A stretch of DNA of 62,329 nt, filler included. It is 9 parts of 9 records of this genome, joined end to end, with 100 filler letters (N's around TTAATTAATTAA, not from the genome) between each part and the next. Parts side by side here need not be neighbours in the genome. Positions count along the whole stretch, not along the records: positions 14,976 to 21,447 come from SRR31147125_35643; positions 21,548 to 29,049 come from SRR31147125_35658; positions 29,150 to 34,347 come from SRR31147125_35664; 6 more parts are not named here. One strand, given 5' to 3'. The notes under the pieces were generated by a model, which had not been told where the DNA came from, searched no databases, and saw nothing but the letters and a program-made list of their open reading frames with translations. The stretch's first letter is position 1; each line of letters starts with the position of its first letter. The position numbers were made by a program, and so were the translations under genes. Below are positions 20,633 to 30,196 of this stretch, piece by piece.

Positions 20633-21364
20633 TTATTCTTCTGCCTTTTGCCCGCCAAATGCCGCAAAACAGGCATTCTTGTGCAGCACATCCACCTTTA
20701 CAAATCCGACTTTGCGTAACAGCTCCATCTGAAAGGTTATTGATCGTGGTGAATCTTCCTTTTCGATATACGTAAAAACCTTATCTCTATACTCTCTACC
20801 TCCAAGAGATTCCAGATAAAGTCCATACCTCTCCCACATAATATCCTGAACAGGAGCCGATTCATGGTAAACCATATCACTGATCCATACCCAACCACCG
20901 GGTGCGGTTAAACGATAAATTTTGGCAAAAGTCTCTTCCCAATCCCTGTCCTCGCGCAAGTGATGCAACACGGCAGCTGCGATAATAACATCATAATGCC
21001 CATGTGGTAGATCAATGGACCGAAAATCACCCTGAAAAAGATGAATTTCTCCAGAATTAACAGCCAAAATCCTCTCGTTTGCCCTATCCAGCATAGATCT
21101 GCTCAGATCGACAAGATCACAATCCAAAGAATGGAAATACTGCATCAGCTTCAAGGTGTTGTTACCGGCCCCGCAACCGATATCCAGCACTCTTTTCGCC
21201 TGAGGGGCGCAGGCAGCTGCTGCCTGTGCCATCAGCTTCAGTACCAGCGCCGCATCCATGATAGCCTGCTGCCCGGTTTCCAGATTGGAAAACCGCTCCA
21301 CATCTGCATCAAACCGCTGTTGAATGTCGTGAATGGTTGATTTTTTATTTAGGGGTATTTTCAT
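20633..21364 (-). CDS. Class I SAM-dependent methyltransferase (CmoA-like)
   Basis: VLDIGCGAG, VDLSRSML, AAVLHHL, PGG. Confidence 0.88.
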   Translation of the reverse strand: MKIPLNKKSTIHDIQQRFDADVERFSNLETGQQAIMDAALVLKLMAQAAAACAPQAKRVLDIGCGAGNNTLKLMQYFHSLDCDLVDLSRSMLDRANERILAVNSGEIHLFQGDFRSIDLPHGHYDVIIAAAVLHHLREDRDWEETFAKIYRLTAPGGWVWISDMVYHESAPVQDIMWERYGLYLESLGGREYRDKVFTYIEKEDSPRSITFQMELLRKVGFVKVDVLHKNACFAAFGGQKAEE

Positions 21365-21645
21365 AATGATTATTTCAATTTATTGGAACATTATTAATGG
21401 TTATAACCAGTTTTTTGATATTGTGATAATTTCATCTGGATCAAAAANNNNNNNNNNNNNNNNNNNNNNNNNNNNNNNNNNNNNNNNNNNNTTAATTAAT
21501 TAANNNNNNNNNNNNNNNNNNNNNNNNNNNNNNNNNNNNNNNNNNNNGCTCGCACAATCTAACCTTATTCGTTATGTAAAAGCTCTTGAGGCATACGAAA
21601 CGATTAACAACCGTGTGATCCTAAATCATGCTGCCCGCTAAAAGA

Positions 21646-21661
21646 TGGTATAAGAATTGCG
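21646..21661 (+). promoter_or_regulatory. Putative sigma54 -24/-12 promoter
   Basis: TGGTATAAGAATTGCG with correct GG-N10-GC spacing, 200 bp upstream of the TPR-sulfotransferase. Confidence 0.55.
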
Positions 21662-21860
21662 GTTTGTTGGTAATCTATGTCGGATGAATTCAATGGAAAA
21701 TGAAATGCCAAAAAAGGACAGAATGCTGTCAGAACGCAAATCGGCAATGAATTGAGTAGGTAAAAAGCTCATATTTTAAAATATTAGCGATGGGTATGGT
21801 GGCTTGCAGACACAGCGTCTATCTTGGTCGTCAAAGAAATGAAAGATTCGAGCCAAAAAA

Positions 21861-23659
21861 ATGACAAACACGTCCATTCGTAAAAATCGTGAGGAACCGA
21901 TACCAAATAGGGGGATTAACGTTCTGCTGAAAACGGCCATGAATTTTCATCTAGATGGAAAACTAGAAATGGCCGATGAATTGTATGGCAGGGTGTTGGA
22001 TCAGGATCGACATCATCCGGATGCATTGCATCTAAAGGGGGTCGTCGCTTTTCAGCATGGGCGTTACGGCGAGTCGGTGGAACTGATTTCCCGGGCAATA
22101 CAAGAAGATTCAACCCAGGCAGCATTCTATAACAATCTGGGTAACACATTTAATGCGTTAGGGAAATCGCGGCGGGCCGTGGCCTGTTTCAAGAAGGCCG
22201 TTAAAAGCGACCCAACCATGGCGGATGCCGTCTTTAATCTCGCTAACGTTCAGCAAAAGCAAGGCGAGTTTGATAACGCGATTGAACATTATAAAATCGC
22301 GATAAAACTGAATCCGGACTGCGCTAACGTTTATAATAATCTGGGCATCGCTTATGATGACAAGGGGATGACCGAAAACGCTACTGATGCCTATCGTATG
22401 GCCATAAGGATCGACCCGAATTTTGTCGATGCCTACAACAATCTTTTCACCCTGCAAGAAGGAGCGGCGCAATTGGATGCCGCCCTTGAAACAGCCCGGG
22501 CTGCCCTCGAAATCGATCCTGAGTCTCTGTTTGTCTTGCTTAATCTTGCCCAGGTTTTCTATAGGCTGCAACGCTATCGTGACGCTGAAAAAGTATTGAA
22601 GAAGTGTTTCGGCAAGGAATTGCCGACACCGTTTTATGCGCGTTTTTACTATCTACTCGGAAAAATCAATAACAGGATGGACCGATTTGACAACGCTTTT
22701 GAATCTTTTACCAAGGCAAATCAGAGTATTCTCGATTCCGGCGCCTTGGCCGCGTATGGGCAAAACAACCCCCACACGCTAAGGGAGATCGACGAGACCC
22801 GGAACTTTTTTCAGCGCAACGGATTCGCCGTTGGCGTTTTTCGCATATGGCCGGCGGAAGCGTCAAGCAAGCTTTCCTGGTAGGGTTCCCACGGTCCGGG
22901 ACCACGCTTTTAGAACAAATCCTTAACACCCACGACAGTGTGGCAACCTTGGACGAACAACCCATCTTCGAGGATGTCTTCCGGATGTTCCGACATCCTG
23001 CCGATGACCTCGAACGACTCGATCATCTCACGGTCGATGAGATCGAACGTTATCGGGAACACTATTTTGATCGTGCAATCAGAAAAATCAAAAAGACTGA
23101 TGCCCTCCGCCTGGTTGTCGATAAGCTTCCCTTGAACATCCTCTATCTCGGCGTGATCTATAGATTTTTCCCCGATGCCAAGATCATCGTTGCCTTGCGG
23201 CATCCATTGGGATGCGTGTTGAGCGGTTTCATGCAGCAGTTTAAGATGAATAGAATGATGTTCAACTTTCTGTCGATCGAGGCGAGTGCCAGATTTTATG
23301 CGGCCGTGATGGGGCTGTATTTGCATTATCACCAGATTCTGCCGCTGCAAATGCATCGGATTCGTTATGAAGATATGGTGGAAAAATTTGAATATGAAAT
23401 TCGCAAGTTGTTCGAATTTTTAGACCTTGAATGGCAGGGGATGGTACTGGACTATCACACTGCGGCCAAAAACCGAAAAATCAACACACCGAGCTACAGC
23501 CAAGTGGTAAAGCCTATTTATCATGATGCAGCCAATCGATGGCATAAGTACCGGGCTCATCTGACGCCGGCACTTGAATGGGTAAAGCCTTTCATCCAAT
23601 CCTTCGGTTACGACCACCCCCGACCGAATACTTCCACGGATAAAATGATTGTTTATTAA
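21861..23659 (+). CDS. TPR-repeat sulfotransferase; frameshift near 22805-22850
   Basis: Multiple TPRs; PAPS-binding FLVGFPRSGTTLLEQIL, VDKLPLN, RHPLGCVLS, RYEDMV, TPSYSQV. Confidence 0.85.
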
Positions 23660-24432
23660 TTGCCGGGAAACGATACGCCAATGAAAAAAATGAATATTAC
23701 AATCGCTTGGCATCCGATTACCACGGCGCCAAAGAATACGCTAACGCCATAACGGCGTATCAAAAAGCGCTTGCCTTGAACCCGAATTGCACACAGACGC
23801 TTATCGGCCTGGGAAATACCTACAAACGGTGCAAGGACTTGCGATTGGCGATCAGCTGTTACCAACAGGCAATCGCCGTAGATCCGAAACTGCCCATGGC
23901 TTTCAATAATTTAGGGACCGCTTTCCGTGCCCAGGGGGATTTGACCAAGGCAGCATCTTGTTTTCGACAAGCGTTAAATTTGGATCCCAACTATAAAAAG
24001 GGACTCATCAACCTTGGAAATGCGCTTCAGAAGATGGGCAAGCTCGAAGAAGCGATCGCTTGTTACCGGAAATCCTTGTCGTTGGATGCTGATTACACGC
24101 CGGCGTATCTGAATATAGGGTTCGCCTATCAAGCAATGGGGCGGGTCGATGAGGCTGTCAATGCTTTTCAGAATGTGTTGGATCGACAACCGCAAAACGC
24201 AAAGGCGCTCGCTTATTTATTGCACCAATATCAATATGCCTGTGATTGGCAGATGGTGGAACGGCTTTCAAAGAAACTGGACAAGGCGACGGAAAGGGAC
24301 ATCAACGTCGGCAATGCTCCCGCAGAACCACCTTTTTTGAATATTTCTCGGCACATGGATCCTAAGATGAATTATTTTGTCGCCCGATTGTGGAGCCGTG
24401 ACATACAGCAACGCGCAATGGCATTATCCTAA
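23644..24432 (+). CDS. TPR protein ending in a GT41/OGT-like linker, without the catalytic domain
   Basis: About five TPRs then ACDW...PPF; frame open from 23644; no GT41 catalytic motif follows. Confidence 0.65.
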   Translation, partial: NDCLLIAGKRYANEKNEYYNRLASDYHGAKEYANAITAYQKALALNPNCTQTLIGLGNTYKRCKDLRLAISCYQQAIAVDPKLPMAFNNLGTAFRAQGDLTKAASCFRQALNLDPNYKKGLINLGNALQKMGKLEEAIACYRKSLSLDADYTPAYLNIGFAYQAMGRVDEAVNAFQNVLDRQPQNAKALAYLLHQYQYACDWQMVERLSKKLDKATERDINVGNAPAEPPFLNISRHMDPKMNYFVARLWSRDIQQRAMALS

Positions 24433-24539
24433 CGACGCCATCAGGTGATCCATGGATGGGAAGATCGATGAACGCATGGGGGAGGGCATAGAGTGGGAAG
24501 AGGGTGCGCTGTCGGGTTTCACACCGAAAATGCATAGTC

Positions 24540-24913
24540 CTATTGTCCCCTTAATCCCGCGGCGATATTTTCATTGATTTTAATCAGTATCGTCAATTTA
24601 TCGGATGCTGGCGAGCCCATGATTTCAAAAATGCGTTTGTCAACAAAACGGCTCAGTTGAAGGATGTCCATCTTGATGGGATCCGGCAGGGGGTTGTCAT
24701 CCTTGGCGAGCTCGGCTTGAAAGATGGTCCAGATTCGTTGATTGTATCGAAGGGCTTCGTCCAGCAATTCGGATCGGTTGCCATCCATCCATTTTTTTGG
24801 CACGCTCGTAGCTTGATTGCGCCTTCGGTTAACACCCGGGCTTCTGTTTCCCGTCCGGATACAGTTGTTTTTTCAACCGTTTTATAGGCATTGAGAGCTT
24901 TGTTAGTGAACAC
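24540..24913 (-). CDS. flaF: Flagellar regulator FlaF; frameshift near 24795
   Basis: SGRETEARVL, EALRYNQRIWTIFQAEL..DDNPLP, LIKINENIAAGL. Confidence 0.85.
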
Positions 24914-25292
24914 TGGCGATTGCCTCCTCTTCGTAGGCGATAAGCTTTTTACAGGTTTTAAGTGCCTTGTAATAGTTATTGTCCAAAATTTCTTTGCTGA
25001 TCCGATCGATGATGCTCAGTGCACCTGGCGCGGCATTTAAAAATTCCCTGACGAGTTTCCAGTAGGTTTTATGGTGGCTGGACAGGTTGTCTTCATCGAT
25101 ATACATCAATTGAATGGAAAAGTAGATTCTCCGGGCAGGGGAGTTGGCGTTTTCCACGCTGAGGATATCCTTCTGCCTGAGAATAGGGACCGGATTTTCA
25201 ACGATAAAATTCGCTTTGGCGTCACCGTTGGTGATGACTGCACCGCTGATGATCATTCTCTCGCCGGGTTTTAATGTGATTTTTAATCCCAT
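24903..25292 (-). CDS. flbT: Flagellin translational regulator FlbT
   Basis: MGLKITLKPGERMIISGAVITNGD, ILRQKDI, ANSPARRIYF.IQLMY, YYKALK..KKLI.YE. Confidence 0.92.
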   Translation of the reverse strand: MGLKITLKPGERMIISGAVITNGDAKANFIVENPVPILRQKDILSVENANSPARRIYFSIQLMYIDEDNLSSHHKTYWKLVREFLNAAPGALSIIDRISKEILDNNYYKALKTCKKLIAYEEEAIASVH

Positions 25293-25398
25293 TTCATACC
25301 AATTCTTTTGTGTACGCATGGGGAGGCTTGTGTAGGGATACTACCCGCATGATAGTATTTGCCGGAATGTTGCCCATGACGATCTTATTGGGAGAGTC

Positions 25399-25430
25399 GG
25401 GCAAGGGGAGAATCCCCTTGCCCTTTTTTT
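25399..25430. terminator. Perfect GC-rich hairpin between flagellin and flbT
   Basis: GGGCAAGGGGA-GAA-TCCCCTTGCCC; T7 run only on the + strand. Confidence 0.6.
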
Positions 25431-25434
25431 ATCA

Positions 25435-26259
25435 TTAATGCGATGGCCAAAAGCCAACTAAGAGTTGCAGCACAGCCTGAGCAGCCTGAGATGACATGGA
25501 CAAAGATGTCGTACCCAGAGACTGACGCGTCTGCAGCATCAGCATGTTGGCGCCTTCCTCGTTCATATCGGCCAACGTCAGGTTGTCGGCGCCGGTGTTC
25601 AAGGTGTCCGCCATCTGAGTCGTGAAATCGGCGCGAATCTGAATGGTTGAAAGGTTGGATGCCAGCTTCTGGGCCTCCGTCCGCAGGTTCGTGACCGCAT
25701 CGTCGATGTCGCTGATTCCCGCCTCGATAGTCGTATTGGAGCTGAAATTGGCTTCGGCAACGGTCACAGTGGCGATGCTGCCCTGCGTGGTGGCGGTCGT
25801 GCCGGCAACGCTCAGGGTGTTGGTCCCGTCCTCGTTGAATTCAACCGACAGGCTGTCGTTATCCAAAAGGTTTTGTCCGCCATACCCAGAGTCTCGGGCC
25901 ATTTTGGAAATCTGGGAACGAATGGAATCGAACTGATTGGCAAGGTCGCTGGTGTTCGAAGATGTCTTGGCTGCTGAAGCCAGAGATTTCATTTGGTCCA
26001 GCAAATCATAGATACCTTCGATACCGGTGTTGGCGGCTTCGATAACCTTGATCGCTTCATTCATGCCGTCTTTCTTGGCAGCCAGATCTTCCGCGCGGTC
26101 ATAGTGGTCTTTGGATTTGAAAAAGTTAACCGGATCATCCAGGGCCGAGTTGACCTTCTTGCCGGTCGACAGGCGTTTCTGGGTGTCTTCCATCAGGTTG
26201 GTGGTGTTCTGAAGCGCGTAAAGGTTGGACCGCATTCCCGCAGTAAGTGTAATTGCCAT
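25435..26259 (-). CDS. fliC: Short flagellin of alphaproteobacterial type
   Basis: TQKRLSTGKKVNSALDDPVNFF N-terminus; GADNLTLADMNEEGANML.LQTRQSL C-terminus; last residues may be frameshifted. Confidence 0.9.
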   Translation of the reverse strand: MAITLTAGMRSNLYALQNTTNLMEDTQKRLSTGKKVNSALDDPVNFFKSKDHYDRAEDLAAKKDGMNEAIKVIEAANTGIEGIYDLLDQMKSLASAAKTSSNTSDLANQFDSIRSQISKMARDSGYGGQNLLDNDSLSVEFNEDGTNTLSVAGTTATTQGSIATVTVAEANFSSNTTIEAGISDIDDAVTNLRTEAQKLASNLSTIQIRADFTTQMADTLNTGADNLTLADMNEEGANMLMLQTRQSLGTTSLSMSSQAAQAVLQLLVGFWPSH

Positions 26260-26387
26260 GGTGTTTCTCCTTTTCTAGGTTGTTTGCCGGCATTCTTGCC
26301 GTTATTCGTGATGCGTATGTGTAAGCGCTTTCGTTTAAGGGTTGCTTGAGTGCCTCCTTTCGCTTTTATTTGCGCGTTACACCCCTA

Positions 26388-26414
26388 TTATCGATCTTCA
26401 CGGGTTTTACTTTA
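26388..26414 (-). promoter_or_regulatory. sigma28 (FliA) promoter of flagellin
   Basis: Minus strand TAAA-N15-ATCGATAA (consensus TAAA-N15-GCCGATAA), about 130 nt upstream of the ATG. Confidence 0.7.
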
Positions 26415-26630
26415 GGAAAAAAGTAGCATTCCCTGTTCTTGACTATCCGTGTTTATCGCCTGCGGAATGATGCAAATTGCAAAAAATTGCAACTTGCAAA
26501 TTTTAATAACCGACCATGCGTATCGCCGTTTTAGCGGGTAACCGTTTGGCGTTATTCAACAGAAACATTGGACCGGGACCTGCTGTGGTAGGCTTTATAT
26601 GGCTATCAGGAAAGGATGAGCCATAAATGA

Positions 26631-26939
26631 ACCGCGACAACCATCCACGATAAAATGAAGAAGATGATTTGCAATTTGCAAATGTATTGTTTCCATAATG
26701 ATACGGAAAGCAAAGAAACAGTAAAAAAAATGGTGTGCGACAGAAAAAAAGACATGGATTGATTCTTCGCTCAACACAATCCGTGAGGTAATAAAAAAGT
26801 AATATATCAACATGTAGCGTTTTTCCATAAAATGGAGCGACAACAACATATGGTATAGGAAAAATAAGAGGGTGGTTGCCATCGTTTCGGCAACAAATTT
26901 GCTAACCTGAAAGACACCCCGACAACCATCTACGATAAA
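26631..26939 (+). repeat. 24-bp direct repeat at 26631-26654 and 26916-26939
   Basis: ACCGCGACAACCATCCACGATAAA vs ACCCCGACAACCATCTACGATAAA (22/24). Confidence 0.85.
26888..26903 (+). promoter_or_regulatory. Putative sigma54 promoter with upstream IHF-like site (26805-26817)
   Basis: CGGCAACAAATTTGCT; TATCAACATGTAG is one mismatch from WATCAANNNNTTR. Confidence 0.55.
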
Positions 26940-26960
26940 CCAACAAGCAGGAGGCGTTAC

Positions 26961-27998
26961 GTGCAAAATCCAGCGATGATCGACCAGAACGGAATTGTTG
27001 AAGAGTCTGTTGAATCGACAACGATCAATAATGCGTTTGAAGGGATCGTCGGTGAAAGCAAGAAGATGCAGGAAGTCTTTCGGCTTGTTGAGCGCGTTGC
27101 CGACAGTGACAGCACCATTTTGATCAATGGCGAAACCGGGACCGGCAAGGGCATGATCGCCCATTCCATCCACAAGCAATCCTACCGAACGGATCAGCCA
27201 TTTGTATCCATCAATTGCGGAGCAATCCCAGAAAACCTGCTTGAAAGCGAACTGTTCGGCCATATCAAAGGCGCCTTTACAGGTGCGACTTCAAATAAGA
27301 TCGGTAAATTCGAAGCGGCCAACGGTGGGACGATATTCCTTGATGAAATCGGTGACATGAGTCAGGACTTACAGGTAAAAATCCTCAAAGTCCTTGAAGA
27401 ACAGCAATTTGAACCCGTTGGCGGTTGCAAGACGGTAACCGTCGACGTAAGAATCATTGCCGCAACCCATCGGGATCTGGAGGAAGAAGTTCAAAAGGGA
27501 AATTTTCGTGAAGACCTATTTTACCGCCTTTACGTTATTCCGATTAAACTCCCTTCGTTGAGAGATCGACGATCCGACATCCCCCATTTCGTCGTACATT
27601 TCATGGATCGGTTGAACGCCATGAAAAAAACCAACGTGAATTCGATTTCAGACGATGCGCTTGGCGTTTTATATCAGCACGATTGGCCTGGTAATGTCAG
27701 GGAGTTGTCCAATCTGATGGAACGGTTGGTTGTCATCAAAGGGGAAGGGGAGATCGGTATGGACGATCTGCCTGAAAAAATGAAAAGCAACGCACCGAAA
27801 AACAATTTCTCGTCTCTGGAAGTCACCGGGGATGGCCTTTGTTTAAACACCGCCGTCAGTGAATTTGAAAAACGGTTGATTTATCAGTCGTTGGAAAAAA
27901 CCAAGTGGGTTAAAAATAAGGCCGCTCAATTACTTAATGTTAAGCGAACCACCCTTGTGGAAAAAATTAAACGCTACGATTTGCACAAGTGCGCTTGA
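26961..27998 (+). CDS. sigma54-dependent activator without receiver domain (FlrA/FleQ-like)
   Basis: [44 protein letters not shown]-terminal Fis HTH (RTTLVEK); flagellar context. Confidence 0.88.
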   Translation: MQNPAMIDQNGIVEESVESTTINNAFEGIVGESKKMQEVFRLVERVADSDSTILINGETGTGKGMIAHSIHKQSYRTDQPFVSINCGAIPENLLESELFGHIKGAFTGATSNKIGKFEAANGGTIFLDEIGDMSQDLQVKILKVLEEQQFEPVGGCKTVTVDVRIIAATHRDLEEEVQKGNFREDLFYRLYVIPIKLPSLRDRRSDIPHFVVHFMDRLNAMKKTNVNSISDDALGVLYQHDWPGNVRELSNLMERLVVIKGEGEIGMDDLPEKMKSNAPKNNFSSLEVTGDGLCLNTAVSEFEKRLIYQSLEKTKWVKNKAAQLLNVKRTTLVEKIKRYDLHKCA

Positions 27999-28168
27999 AA
28001 GTCTCGCCCACAAGGGGCGTTGAAATGAATTGTTTTTAGAAACAGGCCTCTCACCGAAACGGATGGCCTGTGGATCTTTCTTCCCTTTTAAGGCTGCCGC
28101 GCTTCTGAAAGCAGCCCGTCTTCGCTCATTTGATCCTCATCGATAAATGGCCAGCACGATCATTGGAT

Positions 28169-28339
28169 GTCAACGTAGTGACATGCGTTTATCACGTTGA
28201 CGCACGATGGGCTCACTTCTCTACCCTGCTATCCATCGTAGTTGTTGCCTATTATATTAAAAAAAATCGTATAACCAAGTAGTTGGATAAAACTGGATCA
28301 TTGTTTTCGACGCATTTTTACAATGGCAACCAAATTGCA
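28169..28339 (+). promoter_or_regulatory. sigma54 promoter with candidate enhancer and IHF site
   Basis: GTCAACGT-N17-ACGTTGAC (28169-28201), AACCAAGTAGTTG (28273-28285), TGGCAACCAAATTGCA (28324-28339). Confidence 0.65.
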
Positions 28340-28437
28340 GTAAATTTCCAGGCACAAGATAGGCGGCTATTGATGCCAAGGTTTATTCGCAAAAACGGTA
28401 AATACAGATAACTCAATAAAAGACCATATATAAGGAC

Positions 28438-29049
28438 ATGATGGATTTTATTTCCGTAATGCTGGTAGCCAGTGATCCAAGCATGCGCGACCATTTAATC
28501 AGCATTCTTAAAGGCTATGATAACCTACGGATAGAATCATGCCCAAGCGCATCAAGGGCCTTGGAGATTATAAAAAGCCGGCCTGCTCAGATCGTTTATG
28601 CGGACCTGCAGATTGATGCGATGACATGTGTGGCGTTAGTCAAGAGGGTAAAAAAGATGGCCCCTGGCGCTTATGTTATGGTGGGATCGACGACCGGAAC
28701 CGCTCAGGATGTGATTTCTGCCATGCACGCGGGTGCGGCGGAATTTATCGTCGATCCCTATGCCAGGGAGTTGCTCGAAAATGCATTCGATAAAGCCGTG
28801 TCCGATGTCAGCAACCGCCATGCGCCGATAATTGATCGACGATCTGTGCGAAAAAAGATCATCACCCAGGATCAAAAACTGATCAGTATGCTTGACATTG
28901 CCAAGAAAGTCGCACCCAGCACGGCCGGCATCCTGGTTACCGGTGAAAGCGGAACGGGTAAGGAATTATTGGCATCTTTTGTCCATCAGAACAGCAACCG
29001 CAACCATGAGCCATATGTGGCGGTTAACTGTGCAGCGCTGCCTGAGCAG
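28438..29049 (+). CDS. REC-AAA+ sigma54 response regulator (FlrC/FleR-like), 3' truncated
   Basis: Atypical receiver domain then GESGTGKEL and VAVNCAALPE. Confidence 0.8.
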
Positions 29050-29149
29050 NNNNNNNNNNNNNNNNNNNNNNNNNNNNNNNNNNNNNNNNNNNNTTAATTA
29101 ATTAANNNNNNNNNNNNNNNNNNNNNNNNNNNNNNNNNNNNNNNNNNNN

Positions 29150-30196
29150 AAAAAGTCGCAACAGGTTCAAACCAGTTTAAAGGACGTTTCTCAAAAATTA
29201 CAGCAAGCCAAAGATGTAATGACTGGAGCTGAAAACCGACGGACAATGAACGCATTAAAGCAGAGTTCCCGTGAGTTATTGGAATTATCCAAAAGGCAGG
29301 AATCTCTCATGAAAGAGACCGAGCAACTAACAAGAAACAGTGCCTATTCTCCGGAAATTGCTGATCAACAAAAAAATGTTTCCTCTGCACTCACAAGAGT
29401 GATGGATAAAATGTATGAAACGTCAAAACAAAGCTTTTTCATGAATCCCAAAATGAGCAAGTCTATGGGAGAGGCCATGGAAAAAATGGAAAAGTCAATA
29501 AAATCCTTACAGGATAGAAATAACTCGAAAGCCTCAAAAGCACAGGGTGAGGCCATGGCTTCCTTAAATGAATCCATTAAACAGATTCAGGCCTCTATGC
29601 AGAATATGATGCAGGGAAATAACGCGGGTATGAGTTACGAGCAATATCTGCAACAAATGCAACAAATGGCGAATCAACAGCAAGGCATCAATGAACAGAC
29701 AATGGCCATGGGTTTGGGACAACAAATGAAAATGGAACAGCAGGCAAGCTTGTCCCGTTTGGCTGCCAATCAAGGGCAGGTGCGCAAATCAATGCAGGAG
29801 CTTGCACAGGAAGCAGGTGATATGTCCGACATTTTAGGAGACCTGGACAAGATTGTTGAGGACATGAAGAGTGTAGAAAAGGATATTGCAAATCAGAAAA
29901 TAACATCTAACACCATACAACGACAGAATAAAATTCTATCCAGAATGCTCGATGCTCAGAAATCATTACACGAAAGGGAATATAGCAAGAAACGTCAGGC
30001 TGAGACAGGTAAGGACTATAAGCGTACCAACCCGGATGAATTACCACCTCAGTTGGGGGAGCGATTGGATAAATTGCAACAGGATTTGTTAAGAGCGAAA
30101 AAAGAAGGATTTAGCCGCGATTATTTGGAACTTGTTAAAAAATATTTTGAATCAATTACAGAATATGAGGATGAACGTGCCGGAAAGCAAAATTAA
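29150..30196 (+). CDS. Long coiled-coil protein (DUF4175-like), 5' truncated
   Basis: Gln/Met-rich helices; RQNKILSRMLDAQKSL.ERE, YLELVKKYF. Confidence 0.65.
   Translation, partial: KKSQQVQTSLKDVSQKLQQAKDVMTGAENRRTMNALKQSSRELLELSKRQESLMKETEQLTRNSAYSPEIADQQKNVSSALTRVMDKMYETSKQSFFMNPKMSKSMGEAMEKMEKSIKSLQDRNNSKASKAQGEAMASLNESIKQIQASMQNMMQGNNAGMSYEQYLQQMQQMANQQQGINEQTMAMGLGQQMKMEQQASLSRLAANQGQVRKSMQELAQEAGDMSDILGDLDKIVEDMKSVEKDIANQKITSNTIQRQNKILSRMLDAQKSLHEREYSKKRQAETGKDYKRTNPDELPPQLGERLDKLQQDLLRAKKEGFSRDYLELVKKYFESITEYEDERAGKQN

Noticed and set aside
26430-26630. c-di-GMP riboswitch in the flagellar intergenic region
   Set aside because: GEMM motifs (GGCAAAC..GAAA..GGGACGCAAAG) not found
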